64,000 nt of DNA. Source: Phyllobates terribilis. Lineage: Eukaryota. Position numbers and translations under genes: made by a program. Below the pieces are notes generated by a model. That model was given only the letters and a program-made list of their open reading frames with translations, ran no database searches and was not told the origin of the DNA. The stretch lies in NCBI RefSeq assembly GCF_046119375.1, contig NW_027362769.1:234298001-234362000 (forward strand), given 5' to 3'. This document shows positions 61,897 through 64,000 of this stretch, in pieces (positions within the stretch are counted from its first letter, which is position 1; every line of letters begins with the position of its first letter).

Positions 61897-63324
61897 CAGT
61901 TTCTGTCAAAAGTTTGGACACAACTGTTAATGCAATTGCTTTCCTTGTTCTTACTGCAATGTGCATACTGTAGATCCAGACTCAAGGTAACAAGAAACAT
62001 AAAGGAATACATAGAAACAAGGAGTAAAAAAAATTTGACAAACAAATCAGAATATATGTTAAATTTTAAATTTCTCAAAGAACCCTCTTTTTAATCTGAT
62101 GACAGCTTAACACCCCCTAGGCATTCTCTCAAACATCTTTATCAGGCATGGGTTCCAATTACTTTAATAAACAGGTATTCCTTGTCAAGAGTTCATTTGT
62201 GGAGACAGAATCACCAGCCTCCAGAAAGTGCTTGTGACCATCAGGTGTGTTTTGTAGAGAAAGTGTTCATATAGAGTTCTATTCAGTGCTGAGTTCCATT
62301 ACACAACTTTTCTAAGCCAGAATATGGCAAGAACCACAGAAATAAGTAAAGAAAAAGGACAGCTCATGATTATTTTAAGAAATAGAGGTCAGTCAAACAC
62401 AAAAGTTGTTAAAATCTTGAAAGTATCCGTAAATGCAGTCATGAAAATCGTCAATCACTATAATGAAACTGACACTCGTGATGACTGCTCCAGGAAAGGA
62501 AGACCAAGAATTGCCTCTACTGCAGAGGATAAGTTCATCAGAGTTAGCAGCCTTAGAAAACACAAATTGACAGCACCTCAGATAACAGTCCTATTAATAT
62601 CAGTTGTCCAGACGACAATGCGAGAAGCATGACTTAATGATCAAATTGCTGCAAAGAAATACTGAGGACCAAAAACAAGAAGAGACTTGTTTGAGCCAAA
62701 CAACACAAGAGCTGGACAAGCAATCAGTGGAAATTTGAGATTTTTGCTGCTTCGCGCCATTGCTAAGTGAGATGCAGAAAAGGTGAGCAGGTGTTTTCTA
62801 CAAATGTACTTTGCTGGTAACATTGTTGGATATTTATTCTAAATTTATGGCACACTTACCCAACTTGGCTACCACAACATTTTGCAATGACATGCCATCC
62901 TATCTAGTTTGTACTTATTCAAACTATCATTTGTGTTACAACAAGACAATGACTAGAAACACACTTCTAGGCTATGTAAGGGTTATGTGACCAAGAAAAG
63001 CTGCGTCAGATGACATGGCCTCCACAATTAAAATAGTTTGAGATGAGATGGACAACAGAGTGAAGGCATGGCAGCCACAAGTACTCAGCACCTTTGAGAA
63101 CTGCTTCAAGACTTTTGGAGTGCAATTCCAGGTGACTTGCCGAAGAAGCTGCTTGAGAGAATGTCAAGAGAATATAAAGCTGTCATCAGAGAAGAAGGGG
63201 GTACTTTAAGGAATCTAAGGTTTAATACCTTTTCTGGTTTTACTTTGCATGTGTTTCATTGCTCCTTGCTTGAACAAGAAAAACCATTGCATGAACAGGT
63301 GTGCCCAAAATTTGATCGATACTA
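61897..63324 (+). mobile_element. Degenerate Tc1-like transposon
   Basis: TA-flanked ends CAGT.tctgtcaaaagtttggaca ... caaaatttgatcgatacta, with transposase remnants inside. Confidence 0.8.
62324..62632 (+). pseudogene. Tc1 transposase N-terminal HTH fragment
   Basis: MARTTEISKE...SVNAVMKIV...SRKGRPR...EDKFIRVSSLR: paired-like HTH with the GRPR motif. The downstream frame is broken. Confidence 0.85.
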
Positions 63325-63489
63325 TATACCACTAACTAGGAAGGGGCTGCAATAATACAAGTTTCTTCCCACCTTACTCTACAGTGAAATTTATAATGTG
63401 GAGAGTGTGCAAACCTGCAGAAAATGAAGCTACTAAATAGCAGAAAACACTCACATTTTAATTTATATCAGAAACTTGAATTCACACAC

Positions 63490-63890
63490 TGAACTGCATA
63501 TCTTCACCTAATGACCTCCAAGATTTTTCCCGAGCATCCCATGTCTTCTGTAATTCATTGTCTCAAAATGTCTGATTGTCTCCCATATTTGGAACTTTCA
63601 GAGGTAACCTGAAAATTATTGTCTTCAGAAAAGCCTACAACCTGCAATAACCCCGCTGTCACCTCACCACCACCGGAGGTGCTGCAACCCCCAACCTACT
63701 GTCTCCTTCCACAATCCCCTGTAGACTGTAAGCCAATGAGAGCAGGGCCCTCTCCACCTTTGTACCAATTAGTTTGTTAATTATAATTTTTATTTGTATT
63801 TTATATGTATAGCATCATGCATGTATTATATTTATTCTATATGTATTCACATGTACAGCACCATGAAAATAAATAATAATAATAATATAC
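63490..63890 (+). mobile_element. L2/CR1-type LINE 3' end
   Basis: Decayed LQDFSRAS..W...F...LK...FRKAY-like RT tail, tagactgtaagc...gcagggccctc 3' UTR, and (AAT)n end. Confidence 0.7.
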
Positions 63891-64000
63891 ATTTCAACTC
63901 TCTAATTTTCAGAAATAATTCACATACCCTAATTACTTTTAGGTTTCTTAGCCCAATGATGTTCTTTCTTTGATGGAACTGCTTCCTTTAATATAAAACC

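Overview
This is vertebrate non-coding DNA, most likely from a frog (inferred from the repeat content: T2/TTAA MITEs, hAT, Harbinger and Tc1 elements, V-SINEs, L2 tails). It is AT-rich and dense in transposon relics, with two assembly gaps. I recognise no host gene, rRNA, tRNA gene or CRISPR array; a few candidate host exons are listed at low confidence. The main feature is a young, structurally intact 4.84-kb LTR element at 37548-42389. It has ~1.22-kb LTRs about 99.6% identical, TG...CA ends, a 4-bp GATA TSD, an 18-nt tRNA-Ser PBS and a PPT. It has no recognisable gag, protease, RT, RNase H, integrase or env motif. Its single long ORF (558 aa from the first ATG) ends in a clear cold-shock domain. 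A diverged solo LTR of a related family (30078-31214, minus strand) has the same GATA TSD. Both LTR types share a terminal U3 hairpin and a partial PBS copy inside U5, and each copy appears to match a different tRNA-Ser. Penelope-type minimal hammerhead ribozyme motifs occur at ~13.7 kb (intact), ~16.5 kb and ~44.4 kb (both degenerate).
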